Assembly: GCA_002633005.1 (NCBI GenBank)
Contig: NMRA01000355.1
Location: forward strand, 135,390 to 199,389
DNA length: 64,000 nucleotides
DNA from: Phoronis australis
Lineage: Eukaryota > Animalia > Phoronida
Direction of reading: 5' to 3'
Position 1 is the stretch's first letter. Each line of letters starts with the position of its first letter. A program made the position numbers and the translations under genes. Positions 12,486-25,106 of this stretch are shown piece after piece. Under the pieces are notes generated by a model. The model was not told the origin of the DNA, ran no database searches, and saw only the letters and a list, made by a program, of their open reading frames with translations.

Positions 12486-14424
12486 GGACTGCCACGTTAA
12501 TTGAGTCGAATAATGGCCCCCGTGCACCCCCCGGACTTCAAGTTTTAAGTTGCGTTTTTGCGAAACAAAATATGTGTGAAAACCATAAAAACATGTTAAC
12601 AAACCGAAAAAATGTCCCACGTGCGTTTTTATGCAAATTAGTGCCGCCATTACTAATTTTTCGTTATTTGATGATATCTCATTTTCTTATTCTTGTAAGT
12701 GAACAAATCAAGTGTCAAAACCGATATTTTGAGGGTCAAGCAATACGATGGAATAATTTTCTTCATAATCTATTAAATCTAATTTGCATTATACGGTTAC
12801 TTACAATCAATACTACACTGAAGGTGCACATCAGCTAATATAAACATTAAATGTGCATCTTTCAATGTTTATATAATCAGCTCTTTAATGAGCCAAATTT
12901 TAACAAATGTTTTAAAGATCTGAAGAAAAAAAATTGGGGAAATTGTTGCGGCAATATGGACAGTCATTAGGTGTTGATGTCACTGACTACATGTTCTAAC
13001 ACTCCTTGTCACTTTGATTGACTTCCGTGAAACTTCCATACAACTCTCCAATTTCCTCTTCTGTATCCACTTCACAAACATTGGTGAGCAAGAAATCAAT
13101 CAGTAACTTTGGTAAGATTATAAAATAGTTTACGTGACACGCGAGTGCACTCTCGTGTGACGTCAGCCAATAAGGTGGCATCACGTTTGTACATTACATT
13201 TATACTCAAAACCAGATAATTGCTGGTGAGTTCATTTATTTGTCTGTTTTCTGGCGCATACGTGTTTTAGCCGTTAATATTATTTATCATTCATTGTTTA
13301 TAGAGAGTTCGCTTCAAAGCATTTATATATTTATTTTGTATATTTCAGATGGACATTCGTCTTGCTCAATAAAGTATTATTAGAAATACCCGAGGGTTAT
13401 TGTCTAAAAATAGGAACACAAGATCACACAGCTTGTAACACTCTTTCGTCAGTCTGCATCCTCCCTTGTCCTTCGTCTTGACTGCTCTTTCAACTTACAT
13501 CTCAATCAACGTCAGGTTGCCTGAATGCACGGCTTTTTAAGGGGCCAACCTTTCCTATACGTTTAAACGCCTGGTGTAATCTTCTCCAGTGTATACATCA
13601 AATCCAAGTAGAGCCTCACAGTGGTCTTTTCTCAAGGATTTTGCCATGTCGGAGATATTAACTAGTCGCTGACGTTTCCAGACCATGTACCTAGATGAAC
13701 AGTCAACTTCTTAGCGTGCCTGCAGCAGAATGACAAAGACACCAGTGATAGCAATTCTGACGAAATCATTTCTGTAACCAAGTGAGCCAGCGTACTGGAG
13801 GTACAAAACAATTGTTAAGTCAGTCTCTTATTGGTTACTGCAGATACGTGGGATCTCCTGAGTGTGAACATCAAATCACTTTTATTCTAAAGCAAGAGTG
13901 AAAATAGAATACTTAAATGAGCACGCGCAATAATCGCACGTTCAATAAACCACATTGTACTGTACTTATACGCTACGAAAAATAAGACACATAATTTCCT
14001 TAAAAATGATATCTTAATTCGGTGAAATTTTTCTCTCATGTCCTCTTACTTGTAAATCACCGATCTCTAGTTTGAATGCGGGTATCGTGTCGTCAGGATC
14101 TTTGACTTGAGAATTATATTCAGTTACCAGTGGTAACCTACTTTAGCAGACGATAATTTCCCGGTCGAAGCTTAGCGTGAAAAAAACGTGTTTTAAGCTA
14201 TAATAGTTGGTAAACCTTAATTTATAAATTCAGTTTATTTCTATAATATTTAAGTTTTCAATTGGTTTTGAGTAAAAGCATTATTTGACAAAAATAGCCG
14301 GGCTTTTCTTAAAAGGTCACGACCTCCGACCTCGGGCCTCTGACATAGAAAGTAGTTACAAAGCCGTGGAGAGTCAGAAAAGGTAAATCGATTCATTGCA
14401 ATGTTGCTCGTTTAGTATGTGGTA

Positions 14425-14596
14425 TAAATAGATTATTACATGTTCTCAGCCGTTATCTCCCTTATCTAGAGCCCTCGTTGATTTTGGAGAATTATCACCC
14501 TCGGGGCTAACGCCCCTCGGGCGACAATTTTCCAAAATCCACTCGGGCTCTAGATAATGGGGGATAACGACTTCGCCATGTAATAATCTATATTTA
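14425..14596. mobile_element. ~170-bp foldback (palindromic) MITE inside Academ 1
   Basis: Nearly continuous hairpin: ATAGATTATTACATG...TTATCTAGAGCCC...[GGGGC TAAC GCCCC]...GGGCTCTAGATAA...CATGTAATAATCTAT. Confidence 0.8.
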
Positions 14597-15090
14597 TTAC
14601 ATTATGACATCGCAAATTAGTTAAGTAAAAAATACTCAGAAAGTTCTGTTCAGAAAAAGATTATGGATGCCTGTCTACAATCAGGATGGCCGTCTCGGTT
14701 TTCTCCGACCTGGAAACTGCCTTCTCATCACTCCAGACCTGCAGTAATAGTTGACAGAGTTGCTTTTTGTAGTCATCGTTTACAAGAAAGATTTTGAAGA
14801 CATACGGCTTTTGTGTAGCTGGTCCACACAAAATTATTTTCTCTGAACTGCAAAATTACATGCTGGAGGGAGATTTGCTAACGCGTGGAGAAGTGCAAAA
14901 CGATCTTGGATGAACAGAACATCCCCAGGATAATGAAGTATTCTGGCGAAATGTTGTTCAGAAGATAATGCGAAATAGAGGCTTTGTTGGAAAAAATACC
15001 TGGTGTTCCAAGACTAGTGGGCAAGGGTATCAGGCTGTACTTCATGAGTTATGGCATGTTCAATGGCTCACCCAGTGTCTGGGACTTAAC

Positions 15091-15770
15091 GGAGTGTTCT
15101 AAAACCCCCTCGACCCCCACGACCCCTCGACCCACAACCCCCACGGCCTGCGGCAATAGATGCATCTGCGCTTTTTACACATATCATAATCATATCACGT
15201 CTCTGAGTGACTTTCCCATAAAACATACCTACGTGAGAATCTGATCTAGCTCTAGTCTGGTGGTTAAAACAGAAAGTGGCTTAAGAACATGATCTGATAT
15301 AGCCGACTGTGAGCGTGCTATAGTTGTCAGGAAAATAGTTCCACGAGTATCTACCAATTGCCTTGTTCTACTAAACTGTATTTAATGAAGAAATTACACA
15401 TTTGTGGGTTCCTCGCACTCTCCCAAAAAACTTGAATCTGCCATACACTGAAGAGCAGACGATACGATTACACTTTGCGAGGAACGACATTTATAACGTT
15501 GGAAGGTCTTTGATTTCATTTGGTCGCGTTTTTTTTCTGCTTTTGGCTTTCAAACTTGCCGAATCGACTCTATTAATTGCAAAAAAACAGTGAAAAGCCA
15601 GCCAAGCTCTGAGCCAGACTCGATGGTCCTCTTAGTCAGCGATGGTTCTATGTTCAGATCGAATTGAGCTTGTTTAAACTGGGTCGAGTGGGTTGTGTTC
15701 CGTGGGTCGAGGAGGTTGTGGGTCAAGGGGGCGTCAGTGGGGTGCGGGTCGAGGGTTTTTAGAACAATCC
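15091..15770. mobile_element. 680-bp Mutator-like MITE inside Academ 1
   Basis: TIR GGAGTGTTCTAAAA / TTTTAGAACAATCC; CGACCC subterminal repeats; 9-bp TSD GGACTTAAC / AGATTTAAC (7/9). Confidence 0.7.
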
Positions 15771-17192
15771 AGATTTAACAAGGAGTGTGAACCTGGGACA
15801 GCTCTAAGCTTGATACTGGGCAACAAATTGATATACCTCACACGCTTGTGGAGAAATGAAATGAAAATTTAAAAAGAAGTCTCTTAATACATTAATTCAT
15901 ATTACCTCGGCTATTATTACCTTTTCTTGTGAAGATGGCTGCCATCCTTGGTTTTAGTTTTGCTGCAGAAAATGTACTCAGGTGGAAAAATGACCACGAT
16001 GGTGCATGATGTCGATAGTTCATGCGGCGAATGGTGCACTTGGGAGCTTGGTGCCTCTGGGCCTTCACTGTTCCCCAAGCGGTGAAGTTTGGCAGTAAAA
16101 TGTTAATAGTTTTTTCTGTGATAACGCATTTTCTTTCAATTCACTTGGAAGAAGAGAAGGAATCTGATCACACACGGACTGCATACAGTGTGGAGGATCA
16201 TATAGCTGTTGGTGACGTTTGTCCCGAATTTCATGAAGCTGCTGCAGTTTTTCGATTGCTGTTCGTCTGCCATTGCTTAAGATGGTAAAATCGAAATGTT
16301 CATGTCTAAATGGAGAATGGATATTGGTAGAGAGTGTGCTTTGATGTCAGTAGATAAGCTTCGACCTCATTGTTTTCTTATAGGGATGATTTTTACATTT
16401 GCGTCGATAGCTGCCTTAATTTCGAATGTAGTCCTATTTTCCCTGTCTCCAGCATTGGATTCGCAGTGATTGACATACATGTCAACAACCCATTTGTATA
16501 TTTTGATACTAGTTTGTACTCAAGGTTTGGTTTTTAATTCTAAAGCTTTGAACTGCAATGTCACAGTTTGTTTTCATGGTTGGGTCAACATCGAAATCCT
16601 GAATTTGGATAAAAGCAGAAGATATTCATGCCCCACACAGTACGTCTTCTCCAGGTGTTGAGTGTTTTATGCCTGTACCATGTACACTATAACTTGTATT
16701 ACTTACTTGTTGTTCTATGTTAATGTTTGACCCATAAAATATAAGTCCAAACATTTAGTTCTTTCAATTATAAGAAATAGTCGGCGGCATATTGCGTAAT
16801 AACGCAAAATCGGTAATGGCGGCACTAATTTGCATAAAAAACATACGAGGGATATTTTGTCGGCTTGTTAACATCGTTTTTCTGTTTTACGCATATTTTC
16901 CTTCATAAAAATTCAACTTAGAAGTTGAAGTCTGGAGGGTGCACGGAGGGCCATTTTTCGACTAGACTACGTGACTAAATTGATATCAGGCTGATACAAA
17001 GTTGCTGGGGATTGTTTCGCCCGTTTTTTCTATATACCTTCAATGAGTCAGATTGTACTGTGCAAGCTTTGTAGGCAGCTCATAAAGATCAATGAAATTA
17101 TGATTCAGATGTACACAACAACAGTGAAAACTGTAACTTTGCTGTTTAGTGACGTCATTACAGTAGATTAGTGTATCACACATCGGCTGTAA

Positions 17193-17358
17193 CATGGGCA
17201 GCGCACTAATAGGCACGGGCGGTGCACCATAGGAGGCTTAAGGGTTACATACCCCCACTTGTTTCAGTGCTGTGCCTCCCATGGTCATATAGGCGGCGCA
17301 CCATAGGGGGCTGGGGAGCTATAGCCCACTCAATTATTTCGGTGCTGCGCCGCCCATG
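17193..17358. mobile_element. Composite (2+ units) CATGGGCGGCGCA mini-MITE, 5-bp TSD TGTAA
   Basis: Three GGCGGCGCAC-like left ends and two right ends inside one TSD pair. Confidence 0.75.
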
Positions 17359-18878
17359 TGTAATGACGAATGTGAGGAATATCAGGTGAGAAGGAAAGGC
17401 CGTTCAGAAGGCTGACGTAATGGTGGCGAGTGTGCGTTCAACATAGCGGGCGCCTGCAAGCTTCTCAACAACTTTTAGCAAGTGAGCGCTCGCGAACGTA
17501 GGGATCGCTTGCGCTCACCCTAGATAGCTACATGTGGGTTGTTTGCTTAGAAATCCACGATGGCGCTCGACGTGTCTACCTTGAGCAACAACAATGATTC
17601 TAAGCCGTATACTTCGAAAGCGTACGAAGTATTTACGAAAATATTGTTGGGAGTAACTGTCGTAATTATGGTACAAAAATAAATAATTTAATGTAATTTA
17701 GGTAAGCTTGCTTTATGTTAATTACAGGGGAGTTAACTTCTGGGTTTTCTGAAGCGAGCGTCCGTAATCGTTAAACACCTCGCTCTCAATTTGAGCAAGG
17801 ACCTTGAACTTCGAGTTCTAAGTTTGGGTAATCGATCAGTTTACCTCATTACGCTGGACGTCCAAGAGTCTAGGCAAATGGGATACGATTACATTTAACT
17901 GATTTTTTTTAAGTTAATGTTACATTGCTGAACGTTATGTGAGATCACAGCACTGTTTTTAAGGCTGTGATAGCTGCCTAGCTCTCTAACAGGGCTGTTA
18001 TACATTTATTTTGAATTGCTTTTTGAGCACTTCATGTGCAAATTTAGAAATTGCAAAGTCAACTGCTTGGAAAACAGAATTATGCGAGTTAAGGAAGTCA
18101 TTGTTCAAGTCGATTGAAAAATTCTATTGTTTTGTTGTTTTGAGACTTGTACTGCAATTCAGCAGACTGCTGTCCCATTGACCACAATAACCAGGATTGG
18201 AAACAGAGAGAAAACAAGTTACCCGGTCCGGTTGCGTAATTCTTGGAAAAGAGCGGAACAACTCGGGTATTTTAGCAGCTTTAAATTTGCTCTCAAATGT
18301 GAAGCTTATTTGTGCATGTACGCTTGTCACCCGGCAAGTCACGTGACTTTTAAATTGTAAGCGATTTTTGGCTGACGTACCCACATGCTGAACGATTCGC
18401 AGCTAACTCATTGTACCACACTTCCAGTTTATTTTATCCATTTATATTATAGGAATCGACTACAAACGTCGACAAAAAGTCTTCAAAAATAAAACATTCG
18501 CTCATACATGTAATACTCGGTTGTCACAATAGCGAAACCAATAATTGCTTATGAGACAATGAAACGTAACTGAAACAAAGAGAAAGTTATTGAACGTCGC
18601 GGAGCCTGCCTTTATTGAAATAAGGACAAGGAAATTGTGCTAACAGTGCAAACATGTTTTGCAATATATTCCATGTTTCCCAAAACACGTCAGAGTTAGG
18701 ATGCTGTCATGGAAAAGTATTTTAAACGTGTTTAATTGATTAAGTATCCGGCCTTGATTTTAGCAAATACTATAAGGCAGAAACGAGAATTGGCGATTTG
18801 TAGTAATGTCCCAAGAATGCAATGCATTCTGTTGTTCTCAGCTGTGGCCGGCAAGGTAACAAAAATACTACACTCCAG

Positions 18879-19437
18879 GTCTCGGTTGCATGAAACGGTC
18901 CAAAATAGGGACTCAACTAAATTCCCTAAATCCCTAAATCTACTGCGTATTAGTGAGCTTTTGGAAACACTGGCTGTCTTTTGGAAACACTGGCTGTCTT
19001 TTGGAAACACTGGCTGTCTTTTGGAAACACTGGCTGTCTTTTGGAAACACTGGCTGTCTTTTGGAAACACTGGCTGTCTTTTGGAAACACTGGCTCTCTT
19101 TTCTATGCAGTTGGGAGTCTCATTACTGAACAATTTTTTGACTTCGACACAAATTGACAGTGAACTCTACGTTGAATTCTCAATGTCATTGAAAACAAGC
19201 GGGGATTTTTTCATGCAACGTCACTAATTTAAGGACTAAGTTCCTAATTATTTTTAATGAATTAAGGGTTCAGATTTTAGTTTTGTTATTAGAAAATGTC
19301 ATTAGTCGAAGAAGAACTCATAATGACGATATAATGATTGAAAAATAATACACCTGTAAGTAAAGAACGTCAAATGCGCAAAATATTCAGGAAACTTTGT
19401 TGAGTCCCTATTTGGGACTGTTTCATGCAACAGGGCA
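18879..19437. mobile_element. PIF/Harbinger-like MITE carrying a 20-bp minisatellite
   Basis: ~45-bp TIR GTTGCATGAAACGGTCCAAAATAGGGACTCAAC and its reverse complement at ~19385-19431; CAG/CTG flanks (CWG-type target). Confidence 0.7.
18958..19102. repeat. Minisatellite, 20-bp unit TTGGAAACACTGGCTGTCTT x7
   Basis: Six identical units plus one variant, head to tail with no spacers. Confidence 0.97.
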
Positions 19438-19556
19438 CTGATTCTCCGGATGATACTGATTACTATCTTGCGTATTTTTAATAGTTTATTATTCTTCAAC
19501 AACATACTTATAACAAATCATTTAAAGGGTGATCAAGGAAAAGGTGTCAGGGCTTT

Positions 19557-19558
19557 CA

Positions 19559-19593
<35 letters not shown>

Positions 19594-19601
19594 TCACACA
19601 C
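19557..19601. repeat. (CT)n(CA)n microsatellite
   Basis: Seen directly. Confidence 0.9.
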
Positions 19602-19739
19602 TTAATCATTTAATAGAAATAACACTAAACAATATATGAATTTAATATATAACAGATCCATTGCATGGCAGCACTGAGGCTCTCCCACATTTTAATTTTA
19701 AAGTTGTCAGGTTCGTAATTTTAACATAATTCAACTTAA

Positions 19740-21800
19740 AGACAGACCAGTGTGGACGCAACTGCTGTTGGTTACTTACTGTAAATAACTAAAATAATGG
19801 GTGACAGTTATAACATAATTAATGAACAGGGAGAATTCAGGAGAACTCGAATGGCAAAATTTCAATTCATTCTTGCTTATTTTGACATGCTCCTTAAGGA
19901 AAGATGTCAAAAACTCTTGAACATAAATCAACGATCTTTGTACATTATATTGCAGAAACATGCCCTCAGTATTCTGCACTAGATTACAATAGGGACATTT
20001 ATCCGAATTAACAATCGTCATCTTATATAACAAAGAGGTAGTATACGCCTTGTTATGCAAAAATTTGAACTTAAAATATCTTATGCAAGGATCAAGAGGA
20101 AAGGTAACAGGCAAGGAATAATTTCCGTTGATATCTTGTTTGAAGTAATGCTGCAACAAATTTTATTAGTTGGTCGATTTTTGCCATACCTCCGTAACAA
20201 AAAAATTAGATTTTTGTCTGTGAATTGCGTGTTTGTGTTTGTTAAGAGGACTTTTGTCTGATTTTCTCTGACTTTTTTGTTTCTCAGAGGCGGACCTTTT
20301 TGCCCCCCCCTCCCCCCCATCTGCACTCACCGACAAAACCTCTCTATAAAAATCATTTGCCGTTCTAAACAGTTTGTTTACTTCATAAATACATGACCAC
20401 AACAGTACATCACCATAACTTTTGACGATATTTTGTGAATTATTATAACTTCCAACTTCCACATTCAGGAGACTGAAGTCTTTGAACCCAGTTGACCAAA
20501 AGGCCTTCCTTTATAAGGGTCATGTCAGGAACTTTTAAACCACCATCTTCATAGCAGGCCATTGCAAATGCTTTTTCGTTATTTAGGCGGTTTCTCTGTT
20601 CAAAATCACCTAAACTTTTGTCGATTTGTTTTCACATATCACTTGTCAATTCAAGGACAGACATGTCGTGAAACAGTTTGGATAGCGCAAGTTTTTGCTA
20701 TGACAATTCTTCCATTGATTGTTAATTTTCTTGTTTTCTTAATATTTAAAACTTTCTTAAATTCAAAATTTGTTTTTTATAAACTGTGCCATTTTTTTCC
20801 CTTTCGTGTTTACCGAAATAAGCTCCCAGGCATTGAATTATCTTTTTGGCCCGTTTATGTCATACATTTTCTTAAGTTCAGACGGGTGGCCCAAAAGCAT
20901 TTTCTTTGCATTTTCGCTTAATTTAAGACCAGACACTTCACCAAATCTTCTGAGAAATTCAAAGTATTCTGTTCCAGACATTTCATTCTGAATAACTAAG
21001 ATTGTATCATCAGAATTCAGGGCTATTTTGCATTCATGCCCATCAATAGACAATCCTTTGATTAAGAGATTATTTCTAATGCAATGGCTCACGAACTCCA
21101 CACATAATGCAGGCATAAAAAGTTGATAGCATAAAGGGTTCTCTACTCTCTTGACGTTAAAATAACCACAAGTACAGTAAATGTGTTGTTTTGAACACAA
21201 AAACAATATCGTTATAAATTGTTTTTATCCGTTAGATAAATTTGGGACCAAATTTAAAGACCAAAACTGTTTTCTGAAGAAAGGACCAATTTAAACTGTC
21301 ATACGCTTTCTTGAAAGCTAAGAATATAATTTGTCCATTAAGATTGTTGTTTGTATATTGCGCGCGATATTGTGTCCTGTATTAATCTAATATCTTGACC
21401 AATGAATCGTTTTGAAACAGACGTTTTGTGTAGATGAATAATTTTAGTCTGTTGGCAATAACAATTGTTAATAATTTGTAGTCACAATCCAATAACAAAA
21501 TGGGTCACCAATTTTCCAGATTTTTAAATTCATCTGTATTTGTACATTTGGGGTTAATTGTAATAAAACTTTGCCTTTGGAAGGTTGAACGTTTTCCTAT
21601 TTTAAACTGAAATTAATACATTCCAAGAGGTCCCGTTTAATAGCATCCGAAAATGTTTTATAAAATTCTAATCCTAAACCGTCACTGCCTGGTGTTTTAT
21701 TGTGGTAGGATTGTTTTAAAGCTCCATAGAGTTCGTCCTCTGTGATCTCTTGTTCTAATAACAAGGACATACTGGTCATCTGTCAGTACTGTTTCACTAA
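19740..21800 (-). mobile_element. Decayed Tx1/L1-clade LINE ORF2 (reverse transcriptase plus C-terminal Cys motif)
   Basis: Motifs KTPGSDGLGLEFYKTF, ILLLDCDYKLL, FKKAYDSLNWSFL, FKFGPKFI, SDDTILV, FGEVSGLKL, FKFLH..DKCPYC. A CA..TG MITE fragment is inserted at ~20220-20325. Confidence 0.88.
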
Positions 21801-23359
21801 GCAGGGAAATCTTGCTTACGATTGGCCATTCGGAACAACTCTCGTATTTCCCTAGCCTCAAATTTAAATACGAAGTTGTTTCGTGTCTGCGCATGTCAGA
21901 ATTTCAATCGTAAGAGCAACGCCGCCGACAGGGGTGTGTAGGTGTGCCGTTGGCCCGAAGCCCGTGTTAGTGGATAGGCCCCCGCACGGTGGACGAAAAA
22001 ACGTATGTGCTCAGACCCTCGAACCTGAATGATAAAACTCCGGGATCTCTCAAACCTTGACACAAACCCAGAATCCTCTTTACTTTCCTCGTTCATCCGT
22101 TGTACCAAGCTGTTGCTCTAAACAATGACGCAACGACTGCCTAAACATAGTACAGCAATACAGAATGGAAGACCAGTAATTTTTAGTTAAGTTAAACAAT
22201 GTTGATTTTAAGGCAGTGTCTGAAAACAATAAAGAAATTGATTGTGCAAAGTTTTACACGCCTTCGCCATTTACTACTACTGGAAACAGGTCGTCTTTAA
22301 AGAACATGAGGATTTCAAAGACTGGGCGTGTGCATTGTACCCATAAAAGAATTGTATCGATGGTGAATATCAATTTGTGTTAATTTACGACGCGTTCTCT
22401 GAAGTCAGATTTAAGTTTTTATGAGAGAACATGTGAACAAAAACATCCCTGGTACAAGCGTGTAAATTATCTGAACAGCTATGAAGGAGGGCCACTTTGT
22501 GCGTGTCTAGCTAGTGTGCATAACACTTACATGTATCGATGTCTTATACTGTACCCCGATAGCCTCGTGTACAAATGTTTTATTTTAGAACCGTATGTAT
22601 TGTAGTGTTACGAATCTGGCTCCAGTGTCGGTGACTTCCTTTATTTTCATTGCTATGAAGAGCTTGGGACAATTGGTGTTTAGACGGGCACTTGATGCAA
22701 GATCTGACTGCCGCCAGTCAGGATAGACTGATCAGTAAAACAATTAAGTACAAATAGAATGACGTGCCTAACAAAACACCTGGTAAAGAAAACTCGCTAC
22801 TCAAATACTTTGGTATGATGATTTGCATATCCTGGTGTATAATTTGGGCTGCACGCTGCTTTCATTAGCATCCATTAACTACGTTTATTACCATTAGGCC
22901 TATTGTGTCTCGATTAAGCGTTCCGTGGCAATAGTTTCTTTTTTCGAGTGATGATTGGAACGTTATGATTGAAGCTCGATCATGGGCAGACATGGATATT
23001 TCCGATGGAAATTTGAGGATACGAAAATCTTCTAAGTGATCATTAGTGATCTTGCCTCGTTGTGCGATACTTAGCCTTGAAGTCAGACAAGCTCCCATGG
23101 GCACAAGCTCAATACGGTAGTTGCAGCTTTTAATGAGCGGACTTTTCTCCTTGACGGGGCTTTCATCCAACACTAAAATTTAACTTTCAAAATAATCATA
23201 ACATTTCTTATTGCAATATACGTTATTGAATGTGTACACTTTGAGTAGTGACATAATTGAACCGGGTCTCGGTCAAGGATCAAAAGTCATTCTTGTAACT
23301 GGAAGTCGTCGGTAAGTCGGAAAGAAGTGACAGTGACGTCACACGTCAAGATTAAACTG

Positions 23360-24136
23360 GCGTGCGTTCAGTAACGCTAGGACCTACGCTAGGACCTAAC
23401 TAAACTCTTGACAAGTCACGTGATCTTATGTAAAATATAATCTCACGTGATCTCACGAAGTCTTGCTTTTAACGAGGTCCTAGCGTTAGGTGGCACTGAA
23501 TAGTTTGCAGTGCCAAAATAATAAAATTTTGGGGTAGGCCAAGTTTGGGGGCATTTTGTAGGTGGGCATTGCATGTAGGCTCAGTTAATGTGGTTTGTTT
23601 GCATTTGTGAACATGCTGAGAAATAAAAAGGCCACTTTCTCGGCTGTAGCTGCACTCTTCTTCAAGATGGCGGCCCCCGGTTGAAATTGTGCATTGCTGG
23701 GTAGCGACCGAGAAATTGGCCGCGATTTCAGGTAGCCCTCAAACAAACCAGATTTGCAAAAAAACTAGTTACTTGACAGTACTTTTGGACCACATTTTCG
23801 GCATCTGTAGGAAATTTGCTTTCAGAATCTATTGTTGGTTTTAGTCGTGCTTCGGAAGGGAAGTGGTGATTTTAGGGTGAAAAGTGCCTATTTTGCATTT
23901 TTGGCCTTACATGTAGTTCAGCTTGGTTTCCACTGGGAGTGAAAGGGTCAAAAATACAAGAGAGTACAAAGTTTCTGTGCTCAGCTGTAGGGCTTGTGAT
24001 GTGAAATGACTCAAAACTTTTCTTTATTTGCATGCAGTTTTTGACAGAGTGAAGAAAGGGTGAAGAGTCCATTGACGTGTGTTCTGATAGGCAAAACCCT
24101 ATGAGAACTGTTCGTGCCTCCTTATTGAACGGGAGG
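23360..24136. mobile_element. Small Harbinger-like MITE (CTG TSD) split by a larger Harbinger MITE
   Basis: TIR CGTTCAGTAACGCTAGGACCT; an uninterrupted relative is at 27692-27846. Confidence 0.8.
23489..24121 (+). mobile_element. PIF/Harbinger (Tourist-like) MITE, copy 1, TSD TTA
   Basis: TIR GGTGGCACTGAATAGTT / AACTGTTCGTGCCTCC; TTA at 23486-23488 and 24122-24124; highly similar to 47237-47841. Confidence 0.9.
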
Positions 24137-24780
24137 CTGATCAAATACTAAAAGGAGGTGACGCCATTTCTTTGCGTTCGACATAGGCCTTGGTCAAAGG
24201 GCATATGTTTAACCGGAAGTCGTCGGTAAGCCGAAAGCAATAGAAAACGAGGTCAGCGTGGAATCAATCGTGACGTGTGGAAGAGAAGTGCACTATCACC
24301 ATGTGTGTAGGACGTGGAAGCCTCCACCGCGCGGAATAAAAAAGACATTAAGTTATCGTCCTTTGTTCTTTCTTTCATCTGAAAACCATATATGTTGCGT
24401 ACATGTATGTCTAAGTCGCCCAAGGAACTAGAATTGTAAAGTAGAAAAGATAGGTATTTTTGTATCAGCGAGACACCAGTTCCCGAACGTATCATAATGA
24501 CATTAAATGTTCAACCGTACTCTGGTGACAACGTCTTAAGAGCACCTGTCTTTTGTGGAATAAAACGTGAAAGACAGTTACCAGATATGGCCATGTGCGC
24601 TGAATCTGTGTCCATCTTGCAATATTCGAAATCAGCTCTGTCGACAAATTTTATAAAGATGTTGTAGTAAAGCTCTCGCATGTGCAAAAATTCTCACACT
24701 TGCAATTTAGATTGTCATCCTCATTAGCACAAAAGCCTTCACAGCAAAATCACCGCGAAATTAAGGTGGCAACCGTTGGA

Positions 24781-24921
24781 GGGATCGTAGAGTTTGTCAC
24801 GACCGCCTGAACATGTTTACAACTGGGATCGTGGAGTTTGTCACGACCGCCTGAACATGTTTACAACTGGGATCGTAGAGTTTGTCACGACCGCCTGAAC
24901 ATGTTTACAATTGGGATTGTG
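24781..24921. repeat. Minisatellite, 44-bp unit x3 plus a partial copy
   Basis: GGGATCGTAGAGTTTGTCACGACCGCCTGAACATGTTTACAACT at 24781, 24825 and 24869. Confidence 0.95.
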
Positions 24922-25100
24922 AAAGAGGGTACCTGATCACTCGACCTAGATGATGCTGCTGCGAAGTGGTTCGACTCATTATCTCGAAAACTTATTAAAA
25001 TTTGTTTTATAGTCATTTCTCAATTTTTACGCTAAGTATGTTGATTTAGCATCTTGATCACGTTCACCCTAACACGCAGACGTGAAGCGCTCACAAAGTA

Positions 25101-25106
25101 TTTATT
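25101..25106 (-). terminator. Candidate polyadenylation signal of Amt gene A
   Basis: AATAAA on the minus strand followed by GT-rich sequence. Other AATAAA candidates are near 25210, 25447 and 25591. Confidence 0.3.

Larger units (their letters stand above)
12490..16977 (-). mobile_element. Decayed Academ-like DNA transposon 1 (~4.5 kb) with ~190-bp TIRs and nested MITEs
   Basis: Inverted repeats at 12490-12680 and 16790-16977 (right end reads TAGTC on the minus strand). Coding remnants: HCEALLGFDVYTGED..AFKRIGK (~13545-13650) and GPATQKPYVFKIFLVNDDYKKQLCQLLLQVW (~14730-14850). Confidence 0.78.

Noticed and set aside
13913-14414. Possible TTAA-flanked (Kolobok-like) MITE within Academ 1
   Set aside because: Only a weak ~12-bp imperfect inverted match, too little to call.
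12490-16977. Transib/RAG-like or Chapaev transposon, suggested by CACG..CGTG near the TIR ends
   Set aside because: There is no matching TSD at the CAC boundary. The internal peptides carry the XPG-like Academ motif rather than RAG1/Transib motifs, and the right end extends to a TAGTC terminus.
18958-19102. CRISPR-like appearance of short direct repeats (also 24781-24921, 52137-52379, 53436-53569)
   Set aside because: The units are head to tail with no unique spacers, there are no cas genes, and the context is eukaryotic. They are minisatellites.
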